From assembly GCA_030539115.1 (NCBI GenBank), contig JAUNSR010000016.1, positions 1,999 to 65,998 of the forward strand: a DNA stretch of 64,000 bases, in the 5' to 3' direction. This DNA is from Bacteroidales bacterium (GTDB taxonomy: Bacteria; Bacteroidota; Bacteroidia; Bacteroidales; JAUNSR01). Shown here one piece after another: positions 9,345 to 20,624 of the stretch. The position numbers and the translations under genes are program-made. Below the pieces are notes generated by a model that saw only the letters and a list, made by a program, of their open reading frames with translations, did not search any database and was not told the origin of the DNA. Each line of letters begins with the position of its first letter. The first letter of the stretch is position 1.

Positions 9345-11246
9345 TTATTCTATAAGACCGTTGGCGGCATCATTATTCTCTTGAAGATAGATTTTATATA
9401 ATGAGAAAAATGTTGGTGCATCCAAAAGTATGATATTAGGATCTTTTGTTTTTAAGCATTCCACAACCTCTTTATACCAAGTAGGAGTTTTTAATATATT
9501 TCTAAACCAATGAAATGGTATGTTTCTTGATGATATCCTTTCTATAATAAGGTCGGCTGCTTTGCATGGATCACTGTCTGTTATGTCATAATCGGAACGC
9601 ATAACAGGCATATCTTTATATAATAGAGTAAGAGGCGATTTTTGAGGAATAATACCGTTTTTGCTGAAACTCCTGTAACATTCCAACCCCTCATTATCCA
9701 ATCCGGGAGCATTGCCATCGATAATAAACCCGGTAATAGAGAGATCCCAACGGTCGTAATATTTTTTGCAATGATTTTTCCACACATCAAGACCCGAGGG
9801 AAGTCCGGAAATAGGGCGGGGATTTTGAAGCATGCCGGGATTTAAATAGCCCGCACCATTGTCTGCCGCAACAAAATAGTCATTCTCTGTTGCTGTTTCC
9901 CTATAATTGTCCATAACCATCGGCATTCTTTCCTCAAGAACCGGGCTTATTGCCCACATCATTGGTATAAGGCCTCTATTTGTATCATCCCAAATTGAAT
10001 GTGTTGTATGAGCTATCCAAGATGAAGAATCATAGTCGCCGACATAAAAAATAATAAGTTTTTTATTTCCAATATTTAGTTTTCCATCTTTTGTCAGATA
10101 ACCCTTTTGTTTTAGCTGTTCTTCAGTTATCCATTTTTGAGGATATTTTTCCTTTAAAGGAAAATGCATCCAAAAAGAGGAATTGGCAAGAGCACCAAGA
10201 CCAATTGCATCGGCATCTTTAAAAGCATTGTAAGCTCCTATGATTTTTGAGAATTCCCATTCTGTTGCCACCGGCTCATGATTGCCACCAATATTATTCC
10301 AATCGGTATATTTAAATGCCCAAGCAGGAAAACCGCCTATATAACACATTTCTTTACCTTTATTATTGTTGTATGCACTAAGAAGAAGGGTTGTAAGAGT
10401 TCTGAAATCTTCTCCTTTTATTTGTCCGGGATCATCAGTGGCTTTTTCATCCTCCCAAGGTGAAAGATCAAAGAAGAATGCTTTTTTGCTCACAAAAAAA
10501 TCGTGATTGGTGAGTGTGTGATGATTTTTGGTAGAGGCATTTGGGTTGTCCATCCATTTTTGGTCAATGTAATAGGCGGCATACTTGGTATTGCACTTTC
10601 CTTTTTTAAGATACATTTCATTAAACCATAAATATGCATCGTTTTTGGCAGAACCGGTAGACTTTTTATTTATATCGGGGATTATTTCAGAGCCGAATTT
10701 GGAGGACCCGTCATTGTTGAGAAGCGAAACCTTGACTTTAAGCTTAATGTTTGAATTTGTAAGCTTATTATATAATGAATTAGGGGCAGCATCATAACGA
10801 ACGGCAATCAAATTTTCAATGCCGGCAATAGATGATGCCAGATTGCTTGTGGCTGCAACGTTTGGGTCGTACACTACAAGCCCGTTGATGTCATTGATGA
10901 AATAATAGATTACATCCTCTATGCTTTTAAGCTCTAAGGTGTCTTTGTTGTAAAGCCATTTGCCGGGTTTCCTATACTTATTCCACCAATATTCGTCAAT
11001 GCAAATATTATTCTCATTTACATATTTAATATACAGGCGCGGTTTTACTCTATTGACAATGCCTTGAAGTGTTGAAACGGCATGAAGCTCATCCCATACC
11101 TGTTTGACTTGATTTTGATCGGAATAATCTTTTTCAAGAAGGTATCTCATGTCGAAAATAACTATTGGCTTTTCCTTTATAGTTTTTGCAAACATGAATG
11201 CAGGAGAAAAAAATATTATTAATGTTAGGAGCAAATGTGATTTCAT
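9345..11246 (-). CDS. GxGYxYP-domain putative glycoside hydrolase
   Basis: TLQGIVNR..PRLY N-terminus, YVGDYDS and GAGYLNP motifs; signal peptide. Confidence 0.7.
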   Translation of the reverse strand: MKSHLLLTLIIFFSPAFMFAKTIKEKPIVIFDMRYLLEKDYSDQNQVKQVWDELHAVSTLQGIVNRVKPRLYIKYVNENNICIDEYWWNKYRKPGKWLYNKDTLELKSIEDVIYYFINDINGLVVYDPNVAATSNLASSIAGIENLIAVRYDAAPNSLYNKLTNSNIKLKVKVSLLNNDGSSKFGSEIIPDINKKSTGSAKNDAYLWFNEMYLKKGKCNTKYAAYYIDQKWMDNPNASTKNHHTLTNHDFFVSKKAFFFDLSPWEDEKATDDPGQIKGEDFRTLTTLLLSAYNNNKGKEMCYIGGFPAWAFKYTDWNNIGGNHEPVATEWEFSKIIGAYNAFKDADAIGLGALANSSFWMHFPLKEKYPQKWITEEQLKQKGYLTKDGKLNIGNKKLIIFYVGDYDSSSWIAHTTHSIWDDTNRGLIPMMWAISPVLEERMPMVMDNYRETATENDYFVAADNGAGYLNPGMLQNPRPISGLPSGLDVWKNHCKKYYDRWDLSITGFIIDGNAPGLDNEGLECYRSFSKNGIIPQKSPLTLLYKDMPVMRSDYDITDSDPCKAADLIIERISSRNIPFHWFRNILKTPTWYKEVVECLKTKDPNIILLDAPTFFSLYKIYLQENNDAANGLIE

Positions 11247-11373
11247 TGGGTATTGTTGGTAAATGATTAACTATTAGATGCCAAATGTAATTATTTCTAT
11301 TTTTTTATTCTATGAACTTTAGAAAATAGATACTTGTTATTTAAAAAAGAAAGGAACTTAAATACTTTTATTT

Positions 11374-12108
11374 ATGAGAATGATGAGAAACTTTGTGTTG
11401 TTGATGCTTTGTCTTAGCTTAATTGTACCACCAGGCTGTCAGTCGTTTCAAAATATGAATAAAACCGGACAAAATGCAGTAGTTGGTGGCGCTGCCGGTG
11501 GGGCAGTCGGCGCAGGTATAGGAGCTTTGCTCGGAGGTGGTAAAGGAACTTGGATTGGTGCTTTGATAGGTTCGGCAATTGGTGCGGGAGCCGGAGCGGC
11601 AATAGGAAATCAGATGGATCGTCAAAAGAATGAACTCGAAAGGGAACTTGCTCAGGTAAAAGAGCTTGCCTCTCAAAAAGATACTACTGTGATTATTAAG
11701 ACAATTAAAGATAGCAATGACCTAAAGGCTATTAAAATTGTTTTAGGTGATGCCATACTTTTTAATACCGGTTCTTCAACTTTATCTCCTTTGGCTGAAT
11801 CCGCTCTTTCCAGAATAGCATATAATTTATCTAAAAACCCAAATACAATAATGACTATTGTAGGTTATACAGATAATACAGGAAGTTATGAAACTAATAT
11901 GCGGCTTTCTCAACAAAGAGCTGATGCTGTGAGAAATTATCTTATCTCTCAGGGAATTTCTTCGTCAAGGCTTCAGGCTATTGGTAAGGGATGGAACGAT
12001 CCTATTGCATCTAATGCAACCCCGGCAGGAAGAGCCCAAAACAGACGTGTGGAAATGTATATTACCGCCGGAGAACAAATGATTAAGGATGCTCAGCAAG
12101 CATATTGA
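11374..12108 (+). CDS. OmpA-family lipoprotein with glycine zipper
   Basis: Lipobox-like PGC, Gly-zipper repeats, VGYTDNTG..N..LSQQRADAV, NRRVE. Confidence 0.9.
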   Translation: MRMMRNFVLLMLCLSLIVPPGCQSFQNMNKTGQNAVVGGAAGGAVGAGIGALLGGGKGTWIGALIGSAIGAGAGAAIGNQMDRQKNELERELAQVKELASQKDTTVIIKTIKDSNDLKAIKIVLGDAILFNTGSSTLSPLAESALSRIAYNLSKNPNTIMTIVGYTDNTGSYETNMRLSQQRADAVRNYLISQGISSSRLQAIGKGWNDPIASNATPAGRAQNRRVEMYITAGEQMIKDAQQAY

Positions 12109-12334
12109 AAAGAAAAAAGTTGAGAGTCCTTGTCGTTTTAGGCTTTTCTTACAATTGAATGTAGAGTCGCTTTTTTACAATTGGAGAGAAAATAGAATGA
12201 ATTGTCAAATTGTAAAAATGTAACTGCATAAAAGCTTTGATTGTCCTGCTGTTATTTATTTAAAATGTAAGATTGTATATAAAGGTTTGAATTGATTTGG
12301 TTTTTAATGATTTGATTGATTTGGTTTAGTTGAT

Positions 12335-13354
12335 TTAGTCTATAGAAAATGTTTTTCCGGAGAATAGATTTTCAATATTGATTGTCGATTTACAATTGTT
12401 TAAAATCTGAAAAGCATTTTCTCCGGTGCAATGTCCGGTAAATAGACTTAAATCAGGGTATAGAGAGTTTAGGGTTTTACTTAAATTCTCTATATTTTTT
12501 TTTGTTTCCAAACTATCATCGTCAATCAGGTGAAGCCCTCCAATAAAAGCTTTTATTTTTTTTATTCCGGTAAAGTCAATGCACGAATTTATAATATTGA
12601 TTATTCCATTGTGCGAACAAGGAGAAACAATTATTAAAGAATCATTGTCAATAATTGCTATAGTTATTTCGTGATTGAAAGAATCTAACGAGAGTTCTGA
12701 GTCATTTACTGAAAATCCATTGTCGTAATTTGTTTTTTTGTTGTTTAAACAGGAATTTGAATAAAGATATTTGTTGGCATGTGGCTTGGAATAGGAATTA
12801 AACTTGTTGAAAATTAAAGCTACGTCGTTGGATATAAAACAATTGGCATCGATCTGCTTAATTCTGTCTGCATTGTCGTTTATAATGTCATGACTATTTC
12901 CAATGTTCTTTAGAATATTGTTGTGTCTTGTTGAGAAATAGTTGTGCGAGGCAATCTCTTTTGAGAGATATACAGGAAGTCCTTTAAAGTTTTCTAAAAA
13001 ATCGCTTAATCCGCCAATATGGTCTGAATGTCCGTGGGAGACAACAGCAAAATCAATGGTTGAAAGATCGATGTTCATTTTAAGAGCATTAAAACGGTAT
13101 TTATTACTTGCTCCCATATCAATAATAAAATGTTCTTTATCATCCTTATTTATAAAGATTGAAAGTCCATGCTCTTTTAAAAGTTCATTTTTGGAAATTT
13201 TCAATTCATCATTAGGCTCATAAACAATGGAGTTGTCACTTAAAAGCACGCAGTTAGAATTATTAACCACTCCTTTTGTATCATTGTCCAAGTAATCGGC
13301 TTTTAATTGCCCGCTATTGGAATTGTTGTCTATGAGTATTGAAATTTGTACCAT
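12335..13354 (-). CDS. MBL-fold metallo-hydrolase (DHPS-like subgroup) with Asn-rich insertions
   Basis: EHGLS, SHGHSDHIGG, CSHNGI, IGGLHL, TGHCTG; start at MVQISILIDN preferred over the ORF-track start 13435. Confidence 0.8.
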   Translation of the reverse strand: MVQISILIDNNSNSGQLKADYLDNDTKGVVNNSNCVLLSDNSIVYEPNDELKISKNELLKEHGLSIFINKDDKEHFIIDMGASNKYRFNALKMNIDLSTIDFAVVSHGHSDHIGGLSDFLENFKGLPVYLSKEIASHNYFSTRHNNILKNIGNSHDIINDNADRIKQIDANCFISNDVALIFNKFNSYSKPHANKYLYSNSCLNNKKTNYDNGFSVNDSELSLDSFNHEITIAIIDNDSLIIVSPCSHNGIINIINSCIDFTGIKKIKAFIGGLHLIDDDSLETKKNIENLSKTLNSLYPDLSLFTGHCTGENAFQILNNCKSTINIENLFSGKTFSID

Positions 13355-13472
13355 TATTAATGATTTCTTAAAGAAATAAAATCTAAAGATATTAATAAAG
13401 ACTTTAATTAATTCACAATTAAATAATACCAACATGGATTTCTTTTTTAAATTCGCAAAAAAAAATTACGTT

Positions 13473-14390
13473 ATGCCTTTAAACTTACCCGATAAATTGC
13501 CTGCAATTGAAGCATTGAAAAAAGAAAATATATTCATAATGGATTCTTTTCGTGCTTCTCAACAAGATATTCGTCCTTTGAAAATTGTTATTTTAAATCT
13601 TATGCCCATTAAAATAACCACTGAGAATGATTTAGTAAGACTTCTTTCAAATACTCCTCTTCAGGTTGAAGTGGATTTTCTTATGATAAAGGTGCATGTC
13701 TCAAAGAACACTTCAATGGATCATATGGCGGCTTTTTATAAAACTTTTGACGAGATAGAGTCTCAAAAATATGATGGAATGATAATTACCGGTGCTCCTT
13801 TGGAACAAATGGATTATGAAGAGGTGAGCTATTGGAGTGAACTTCAGATAATCTTCAATTGGACAAGGACCCATGTCACTTCAACAATGTTTATTTGCTG
13901 GGCGGCTCAGGCATCTTTGTATCATTTTTATGGAATACCAAAGTATCCTTTGGAAGAAAAAATGTTTGGAATATTTAAACACACCATATATGATCATAAA
14001 AATCCTCTTTTTAGAGGCTTTGACGATGAGTTCTTTGTTCCTCACAGCCGTCACAGCGAAATAAGAAGAAGCGATATAGAGAAAGTCAAAGACTTAACTA
14101 TCCTTTCCGAGTCGGAAGAATCCGGAGTTTATATTGTTATGGCAAGAAACGGCAGGGAAATATTTGTTACCGGTCATTCTGAATATGCCCCCTTAACTTT
14201 GGATGGTGAATACAAAAGAGACAAAGCAAAGAATCTTCCTATTCAAATTCCTTTGAACTATTATAAAAATGATGACCCTGAACAAGGAGTTATTGTCAGA
14301 TGGCGGGGACATGCAAACCTTTTATTCTCTAATTGGCTTAACTATTTTGTATATCAGGAGACACCTTATGATATAAAGGATATTAAATAG
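13473..14390 (+). CDS. metA: Homoserine O-acyltransferase, probably acetyl-CoA specific
   Basis: QDIRPL, LNLMP, ITGAPLE (Glu at the specificity position), ICWAAQA catalytic Cys, PHSRH, GHSEY; start MPLNLP. Confidence 0.93.
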   Translation: MPLNLPDKLPAIEALKKENIFIMDSFRASQQDIRPLKIVILNLMPIKITTENDLVRLLSNTPLQVEVDFLMIKVHVSKNTSMDHMAAFYKTFDEIESQKYDGMIITGAPLEQMDYEEVSYWSELQIIFNWTRTHVTSTMFICWAAQASLYHFYGIPKYPLEEKMFGIFKHTIYDHKNPLFRGFDDEFFVPHSRHSEIRRSDIEKVKDLTILSESEESGVYIVMARNGREIFVTGHSEYAPLTLDGEYKRDKAKNLPIQIPLNYYKNDDPEQGVIVRWRGHANLLFSNWLNYFVYQETPYDIKDIK

Positions 14391-14676
14391 AGTTCATAAA
14401 AGGAAACTTGTTTTGTTTTATATGCTTATAGATATATTTTTGTAATACTTTTAAACAAAGATTTCTAACCCCCTGATTGAGTAAGTTTATATTTGTTTTG
14501 CAAACAGAATCGTAATTTAAGGCAAATCAGTAGATTGAAGTTTTAATTTGATTGTTTTATCTCTAAAATTTTCAAATCAACAATTAGGGTTTAATGAGAA
14601 AACCATATCTCTATAATTTAATAAACTTTGGATTATAGATTTCTTGATTTATCGCATTAACTAAAAGCATGCAATC

Positions 14677-16497
14677 ATGACAAGAAAAATAGAGCTTTTA
14701 GCTCCTGCAAAAAATGCTGATATTGGAATCGACGCTATTAACCATGGCGCAGATGCAGTCTATATTGGTGCCGAACAATTCAGTGCCCGTTCCTCTGCCG
14801 GCAATTCAATTGATGAAATTGAAAGACTTGTAAAATATGCACATATTTACAATGCGAAAGTTTACGTTGCTTTCAATACTGTACTTACTGATGACCAGCT
14901 TTTGCCAGCTCAGGAGCTTATTCATCAGCTTTACAATATTGGCGTTGACGCCCTTATTGTTCAGGATATGGGCATTCTGAAACTTGATATTCCTCCGATT
15001 GAACTTCATGCCAGTACTCAAACAGATGTAAGAAGTGTTGAAAAAGTAAAATTCTTTGAGAAAGCAGGCTTTTCCCAAGTTGTGTTGGCAAGAGAGCTTT
15101 CTTTAAATCAAATAAAGGAGATATCTTCACAAACAAACGTTGCCCTTGAAATTTTTGTTCATGGTGCTTTGTGTGTAAGCTATAGCGGGCAATGTTACAT
15201 CTCCGAGGCTTTGAGCAAACGAAGTGCAAATAGAGGAGCCTGCGCTCAATATTGCCGTTTGCCCTATGACTTGACAGATGCAGACAACAATGTTTTGTTA
15301 AAATCAAAGCATCTTCTTTCTATGAAAGATATGAATCAGTCTGACTATCTTGAACAACTTATTGATGCCGGTGCTTCCTCATTGAAAATCGAGGGAAGAT
15401 TGAAAGATGCCTCTTATGTAAAAAATATTACTGCTTTTTATAGAAAAAAAATCGATGATGTCCTTAAAAGAAGAGACGATTTAAAGAGGGCATCCTCCGG
15501 GAAATGTACTTTCTTCTTTGAGCCAAACCCGAATAAAAGTTTTAATAGAGGTTTTACCAACTATTTTCTTAAAGAAAGAGGTGCGGATGAAGTTTTCTCT
15601 TTTGATACTCCCAAGTCTATTGGTGAGTATATTGGAACAGTAAAGGAAATTAAAAAAGGTTACTTTACTGTTGCCGGTTTAGTTGCCCTTCACAATGGTG
15701 ACGGCCTTTGCTTTAAAAATGAAAATGGGGAATTTGAAGGTTTTAGAGCAAATAAAGTTGAAGAAAATAAAATGTTTCCTGCTGAATGGCCTCTAATAAA
15801 GCCAAAAATGAAGCTTTATAGAAATTTTGATCATGAATTTGAAAAAGAACTCTTAAAGAAAACATCAGAAAGAAATATTTCTCTTTCAATGACTCTTGTC
15901 AATATCGATAACGGATTAAAGCTTGACGCTCTTGACGAGGATGGTAATAAAGAAACTGTTATTAAAGAGATAGATCTTCAGGAGGCAAAAAATCCTCAAA
16001 AGGAGAATATTCAAAAACAACTTTCAAAACTTGGAAATACTATTTTTGAATCAAACGATATTGATGTCAAAATGGATAAAGACTATTTTGTCCCATCATC
16101 TTTATTGGCTGAGATGAGAAGAGAGCTTGTTGAAAAACTGCAAAATAAAAGAATAAATCTTTATAAAAGAAGAGAGGCTGCTCCAAAATCAAATGATAAT
16201 CCATTTGTTTCAGAGACGCTTACATATCTTGGCAACGTCACCAACAGTAAGGCTGAAAGCTTTTATTTGGAACATGGTGTAAAGACAATTAATCCGGGCT
16301 TTGAATTGAAAGCAATTGATAATGTACCATTAATGTTTACAAAACATTGCATTAAGTATGCTTTAGGCTGGTGCAAAAAATATCAAAATTCATCCTCCAC
16401 TCCCAAAGAACCGCTTCATCTTGTATATAAAGAGAATATTTTAGAGCTTCGTTTTGATTGCAAAAACTGTCAAATGCAAGTGCTAAGAAAAAGTTAA
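14677..16497 (+). CDS. U32 family protein with C-terminal DUF3656 (RlhA-like rRNA hydroxylation protein)
   Basis: ELLAPA, HASTQ, EIFVHGALCVSYSGQC, NRGACAQYCR, SLKIEGRLK. Confidence 0.85.
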   Translation: MTRKIELLAPAKNADIGIDAINHGADAVYIGAEQFSARSSAGNSIDEIERLVKYAHIYNAKVYVAFNTVLTDDQLLPAQELIHQLYNIGVDALIVQDMGILKLDIPPIELHASTQTDVRSVEKVKFFEKAGFSQVVLARELSLNQIKEISSQTNVALEIFVHGALCVSYSGQCYISEALSKRSANRGACAQYCRLPYDLTDADNNVLLKSKHLLSMKDMNQSDYLEQLIDAGASSLKIEGRLKDASYVKNITAFYRKKIDDVLKRRDDLKRASSGKCTFFFEPNPNKSFNRGFTNYFLKERGADEVFSFDTPKSIGEYIGTVKEIKKGYFTVAGLVALHNGDGLCFKNENGEFEGFRANKVEENKMFPAEWPLIKPKMKLYRNFDHEFEKELLKKTSERNISLSMTLVNIDNGLKLDALDEDGNKETVIKEIDLQEAKNPQKENIQKQLSKLGNTIFESNDIDVKMDKDYFVPSSLLAEMRRELVEKLQNKRINLYKRREAAPKSNDNPFVSETLTYLGNVTNSKAESFYLEHGVKTINPGFELKAIDNVPLMFTKHCIKYALGWCKKYQNSSSTPKEPLHLVYKENILELRFDCKNCQMQVLRKS

Positions 16498-16630
16498 TCA
16501 TTAATGGCAAACAAATAAGATAAAAAATAGTTGAAAAAAGAATCATTTTTCTTGAAAGAAAAGAATATACTATTCATTTAGAAAACAATATTTTGTATTT
16601 TTGCCTATCCAAAAAATAAATTCTGTTAAT

Positions 16631-18154
16631 ATGTCTGAGAGCAAGAGAATTAAAACCGCATTGGTTTCTGTTTATCACAAAGATGGCTTAGAAGAGATTT
16701 TAAAAAAACTTCATCAAGAGGGTGTAAGTTTTATCTCTACAGGTGGAACACAAGAATTCATCGAATCATTAGGAATGCCTTGTGGCGCAGTTGAAGATCT
16801 AACTTCATATCCTTCCATATTGGGAGGAAGAGTAAAAACACTCCATCCAAAAATTTTTGGAGGTATTCTTTGCCGTAGAGAAAACGATAGTGATCTTGCG
16901 CAGATTGCACAATATGAAATTCCGGAGATTGACTTGGTTATTGTTGATTTGTATCCATTTGTTGACACTGTTGCTTCAGGAGCAGATGACAAGTCTATTA
17001 TAGAAAAGATTGATATAGGTGGTATTTCCTTGATTCGTGCTGCTGCAAAAAATCATAAAGATGTTGTTATTGTTGCTTCAAAATCACAATATGATGCTTT
17101 GGCAACAATCCTTAACGAGAAAGGTGCTCAAACAACCCTTGAAGATAGAAAATGGTTTGCCAAAGAGGCTTTTGCTGTCTCTTCAGGTTACGATACAGCA
17201 ATCTTTAATTGGTTTGACAACAACGAAGGAAGTTCTTTGCGCCTTGCTGCTGACAATGCCAAGATTTTAAGATATGGAGAGAACCCTCATCAAAAAGGTG
17301 TTTTCTATGGCAATTTTGAAGATATGTTTGAACAGCTTCAAGGCAAGGAGATATCCTACAACAATCTTCTTGATATTGATGCTGCTGTTTCCTTGATTTC
17401 AGAATTTGATGAACTAACTTTTGCAATATTAAAGCATAACAATGCATGTGGCTTAGCATCACGCTCTTCAATGGTTGAGGCTTATAAAGCTGCCTTTGCG
17501 GGTGATACTTTGTCAGCTTTTGGCGGCGTTTTGGTTACCAATGGCGTTGTTGACAAGGCAACAGCTGAAGCAATGAACAGTTTGTTCTTTGAAATAATCA
17601 TTGCTCCTGACTATGATCTTGATGCATTGGAAATTCTTTCCTCAAAGAAAAATAGAATTATTCTTATTCAGAAAAAAGCTTTCCAGCCCGTTAAACAATG
17701 TCGTACTCTTTTGAACGGAGTTCTTGTTCAGGACAAAGATACGCATATTGAAAAAGCTGAAGAATTGAAAGTTGTTACTGAAAAGGCTCCTTCAGAAAAA
17801 GAAATTGAAGACATGCTTTTTGCAAACAAAATTGTGAAAAACTCAAAATCCAATGCTATTGTTCTTGCTAAGGACAAAACATTGTGTGCAAGCGGTGTTG
17901 GACAGACATCCAGGGTTGATGCTCTTTTACATGCAATCGATAAGGCAAAAAACTTCGGTTTTGATTTAAATGGAGCTGTTATGGCTTCTGATGCTTTCTT
18001 CCCTTTCCCTGATTGTGTCGAATTTGCAAAGAAAGCCGGCGTTACTTCAGTCATCCAGCCGGGTGGCTCTATTAATGACAAGTTATCGATAGCATATTGC
18101 AACGAAAATGATGTTGCAATGGTTACTACCGGTATTAGACATTTTAAACATTAA
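16631..18154 (+). CDS. purH: AICAR transformylase / IMP cyclohydrolase
   Basis: GGRVKTLHP, IDIGG, LRYGENPHQ, KHNNACG, SDAFFPF, RHFKH. Confidence 0.97.
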   Translation: MSESKRIKTALVSVYHKDGLEEILKKLHQEGVSFISTGGTQEFIESLGMPCGAVEDLTSYPSILGGRVKTLHPKIFGGILCRRENDSDLAQIAQYEIPEIDLVIVDLYPFVDTVASGADDKSIIEKIDIGGISLIRAAAKNHKDVVIVASKSQYDALATILNEKGAQTTLEDRKWFAKEAFAVSSGYDTAIFNWFDNNEGSSLRLAADNAKILRYGENPHQKGVFYGNFEDMFEQLQGKEISYNNLLDIDAAVSLISEFDELTFAILKHNNACGLASRSSMVEAYKAAFAGDTLSAFGGVLVTNGVVDKATAEAMNSLFFEIIIAPDYDLDALEILSSKKNRIILIQKKAFQPVKQCRTLLNGVLVQDKDTHIEKAEELKVVTEKAPSEKEIEDMLFANKIVKNSKSNAIVLAKDKTLCASGVGQTSRVDALLHAIDKAKNFGFDLNGAVMASDAFFPFPDCVEFAKKAGVTSVIQPGGSINDKLSIAYCNENDVAMVTTGIRHFKH

Positions 18155-18166
18155 GAAAATTTCAAA

Positions 18167-19186
18167 ATGGGATTATTCTCTTTTACACAGGAAATAGCAA
18201 TTGACCTTGGTACTGCAAATACAATTATTATCCATAATGGAAAGATTGTTGTCAATGCTCCATCTATTGTAGCATTAGACAGACGTACTGACAAGTTGCT
18301 TGCTGTTGGTGACCGAGCACAACAAATGCATGGCAAGACTCATGAGAACATTCGCACTATCCGTCCTTTAAGAGACGGAGTAATTGCGGATTTCTACGCT
18401 GCAGAGCAAATGATTCGCGGTATGGTAAAGATGGCTTTCAAAACAAGCCGTTGGTTTTCACCATCACTACGTCTTGTCGTATGCATTCCTTCGGGCAGTA
18501 CGGAGGTTGAAATTCGTGCTGTCAGGGACTCAAGCGAGCATGCAGGCGGTCGTGATGTATATATGATTTATGAACCGATGGCTGCCGCCCTTGGTATCGG
18601 TCTTGACGTTGAGGCACCTGAAGGAAATATGATAGTAGATATAGGAGGTGGCTCTACAGAGATTGCTGTAATCTCTCTTGGTGGAATTGTTTCAAATAAA
18701 TCTATCCGTATTGCGGGTGATGATTTGACAGCTGATATTCAAGAATATATGCGTCGTCAGCATAACATAAAGGTCGGTGAGCGAACTGCGGAACTTATAA
18801 AGATAAATGTCGGTTCTGCCATGACTGAGCTTGAAAATCCACCTGAAGATTATGTAGTTCATGGACCAAATCAGATGACAGCACTGCCAATGGAGGTACC
18901 TATTTCTTATCAAGAGATAGCTCATTGTATAGAAAAATCTATTTCCAAGATTGAAGCAGCCGTTCTAAGTGCATTGGAGGGTACTCCTCCCGAACTTTAT
19001 GCCGATATAGTAAGAAATGGTATTTATCTTGCTGGCGGAGGCGCTTTGCTTAGAGGATTGGACAAGCGTCTTAGAGATAAGATAGGCATTCCGTTCCACA
19101 TTGCAGAGGATCCGTTGCTGGCTGTTGCAAAAGGAACGGGAATTGCACTGAAGAATATTGACAAATTCTCATTCTTGATTAGATAA
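18167..19186 (+). CDS. mreB: Rod shape-determining protein MreB
   Basis: IDLGTANT, RPLRDGVIADF, EPMAAA, DIGGGSTE, LAGGGALL. Confidence 0.97.
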   Translation: MGLFSFTQEIAIDLGTANTIIIHNGKIVVNAPSIVALDRRTDKLLAVGDRAQQMHGKTHENIRTIRPLRDGVIADFYAAEQMIRGMVKMAFKTSRWFSPSLRLVVCIPSGSTEVEIRAVRDSSEHAGGRDVYMIYEPMAAALGIGLDVEAPEGNMIVDIGGGSTEIAVISLGGIVSNKSIRIAGDDLTADIQEYMRRQHNIKVGERTAELIKINVGSAMTELENPPEDYVVHGPNQMTALPMEVPISYQEIAHCIEKSISKIEAAVLSALEGTPPELYADIVRNGIYLAGGGALLRGLDKRLRDKIGIPFHIAEDPLLAVAKGTGIALKNIDKFSFLIR

Positions 19187-19290
19187 AAAAGAATTCATAT
19201 ACAAGGGGGCTTTCTCATAATGGTTTTTTTTATGAAATACTATTTTGAGTTGCCCTTTTGTTTTTTAATTATTACAGGCATGTCATTTTT

Positions 19291-20118
19291 ATGCGTAATC
19301 TGATTCAGTTTTTTGTTAAGCATTCTTCTTTTTTCGTATTTCTTTTCTTTGCAATAATAAGTTTTGTTTTACTGATTCGTTTTAATTCCTACCATCAGAG
19401 TGTATTTTTCAGCAGTGCAAATTCTATGGTTGCCAATGTGTACTCCATATCAGGAGATATCTCAAGCTATTTTGGATTAAAACAAGTCAATGAGGACCTT
19501 TTGGAAAGAAACCTCTATCTGGAAAAGAAGCTGCTTGTCCTTCAGGAGATGCTCGATGAAAATAATATTCAGTCCGAGCTTGCCGATGAAGATTTAAAGT
19601 ATGATTTTATCCCTGCACAGGTTATTAATAACAGTGTTACAAAAATCAAAAACTACATAACTCTAAATAAGGGTGTTAAAGACAGCGTTGAGGTAGGGAT
19701 GGGTGTCGCCGATCAAAATGGCATTATTGGAATTGTAGCTTTGGTCAGTGACCATTTTGCTGTTGTCAATTCTATTCTTAATCCCAAATGGTCTTTAAGT
19801 GCAAAGGTGCTTGGAAGCGACTATTTTGGCTCATTGGTTTGGGACGGTGAGAACTCCCAATATGCAGTTCTTGAGGAGCTGCCACGCCATGTGGAGTTTG
19901 AAAAAGGAGACACCATTATTACCAGTGGCTTTTCAACTGCTTTCCCGGAGGGACTTCCCGTTGGAATTGTTGAAGGCTACAACAGACAAAAAAACGACAA
20001 TTTTTATTCTGTCAAAGTGAAGCTTTTTGCCGACTTTAATAGATTGAAAAGCGTCAGGGTTATTAAAAACAAAGACAGTAAAGAGCAACTAAATATTGAA
20101 AAGGAGGTGAATAATTAA
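19291..20118 (+). CDS. mreC: Rod shape-determining protein MreC
   Basis: N-terminal TM plus coiled coil, ITLNKG, GDTIITSG..FPEG; operon position. Confidence 0.92.
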   Translation: MRNLIQFFVKHSSFFVFLFFAIISFVLLIRFNSYHQSVFFSSANSMVANVYSISGDISSYFGLKQVNEDLLERNLYLEKKLLVLQEMLDENNIQSELADEDLKYDFIPAQVINNSVTKIKNYITLNKGVKDSVEVGMGVADQNGIIGIVALVSDHFAVVNSILNPKWSLSAKVLGSDYFGSLVWDGENSQYAVLEELPRHVEFEKGDTIITSGFSTAFPEGLPVGIVEGYNRQKNDNFYSVKVKLFADFNRLKSVRVIKNKDSKEQLNIEKEVNN

Positions 20119-20120
20119 TT

Positions 20121-20624
20121 ATGCGTGAGCTTGTACAATATATATTCCTGTTTGTCGCTCTTTTATTATTGCAAGTATTTGTACTTAATAATATCCACAT
20201 AGCCGGATGGGCGACTCCTTTTCTATATATCCTGTTCTTTTTGAAGCTGCCAACAGAGATGTCACGAAATTGGAGCATTACGTTAGGTTTCATCTTTGGG
20301 CTGATAATTGATTTGTTTTCAAATACTCCCGGCTTATTTGCACTGTCAACCGCCTTTCTTGCTTTTTTAAGAAATCCGTTGATATATCTTTATGTGCCAA
20401 AAGATGATGTGAAGAATGGCGCACCGAGTTATCAAACTATTGGTATCGGCGCTTTTTTAAAGTTTGCCATTACTGCATCTTTGATTTTTTGCTTCACAAT
20501 TTTCTTTGTTGAATCATTCTCTCTTTTTAATCTTAAACTCCTATTATTGAAAATCGTAACAAGCACGATACTTACTTTTATACTTATAATTAGTATTGAA
20601 AGCATAAAACCTATCAATAAGTGA
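20121..20624 (+). CDS. mreD: Rod shape-determining protein MreD
   Basis: Hydrophobic protein, GLIIDLFSNTPG, between mreC and mrdA. Confidence 0.88.
   Translation: MRELVQYIFLFVALLLLQVFVLNNIHIAGWATPFLYILFFLKLPTEMSRNWSITLGFIFGLIIDLFSNTPGLFALSTAFLAFLRNPLIYLYVPKDDVKNGAPSYQTIGIGAFLKFAITASLIFCFTIFFVESFSLFNLKLLLLKIVTSTILTFILIISIESIKPINK

Noticed and set aside
12290-12340. TTGATTTGGTTT short repeats near the MBL gene stop
   Set aside because: Low-complexity sequence with irregular spacing and no supportable function.
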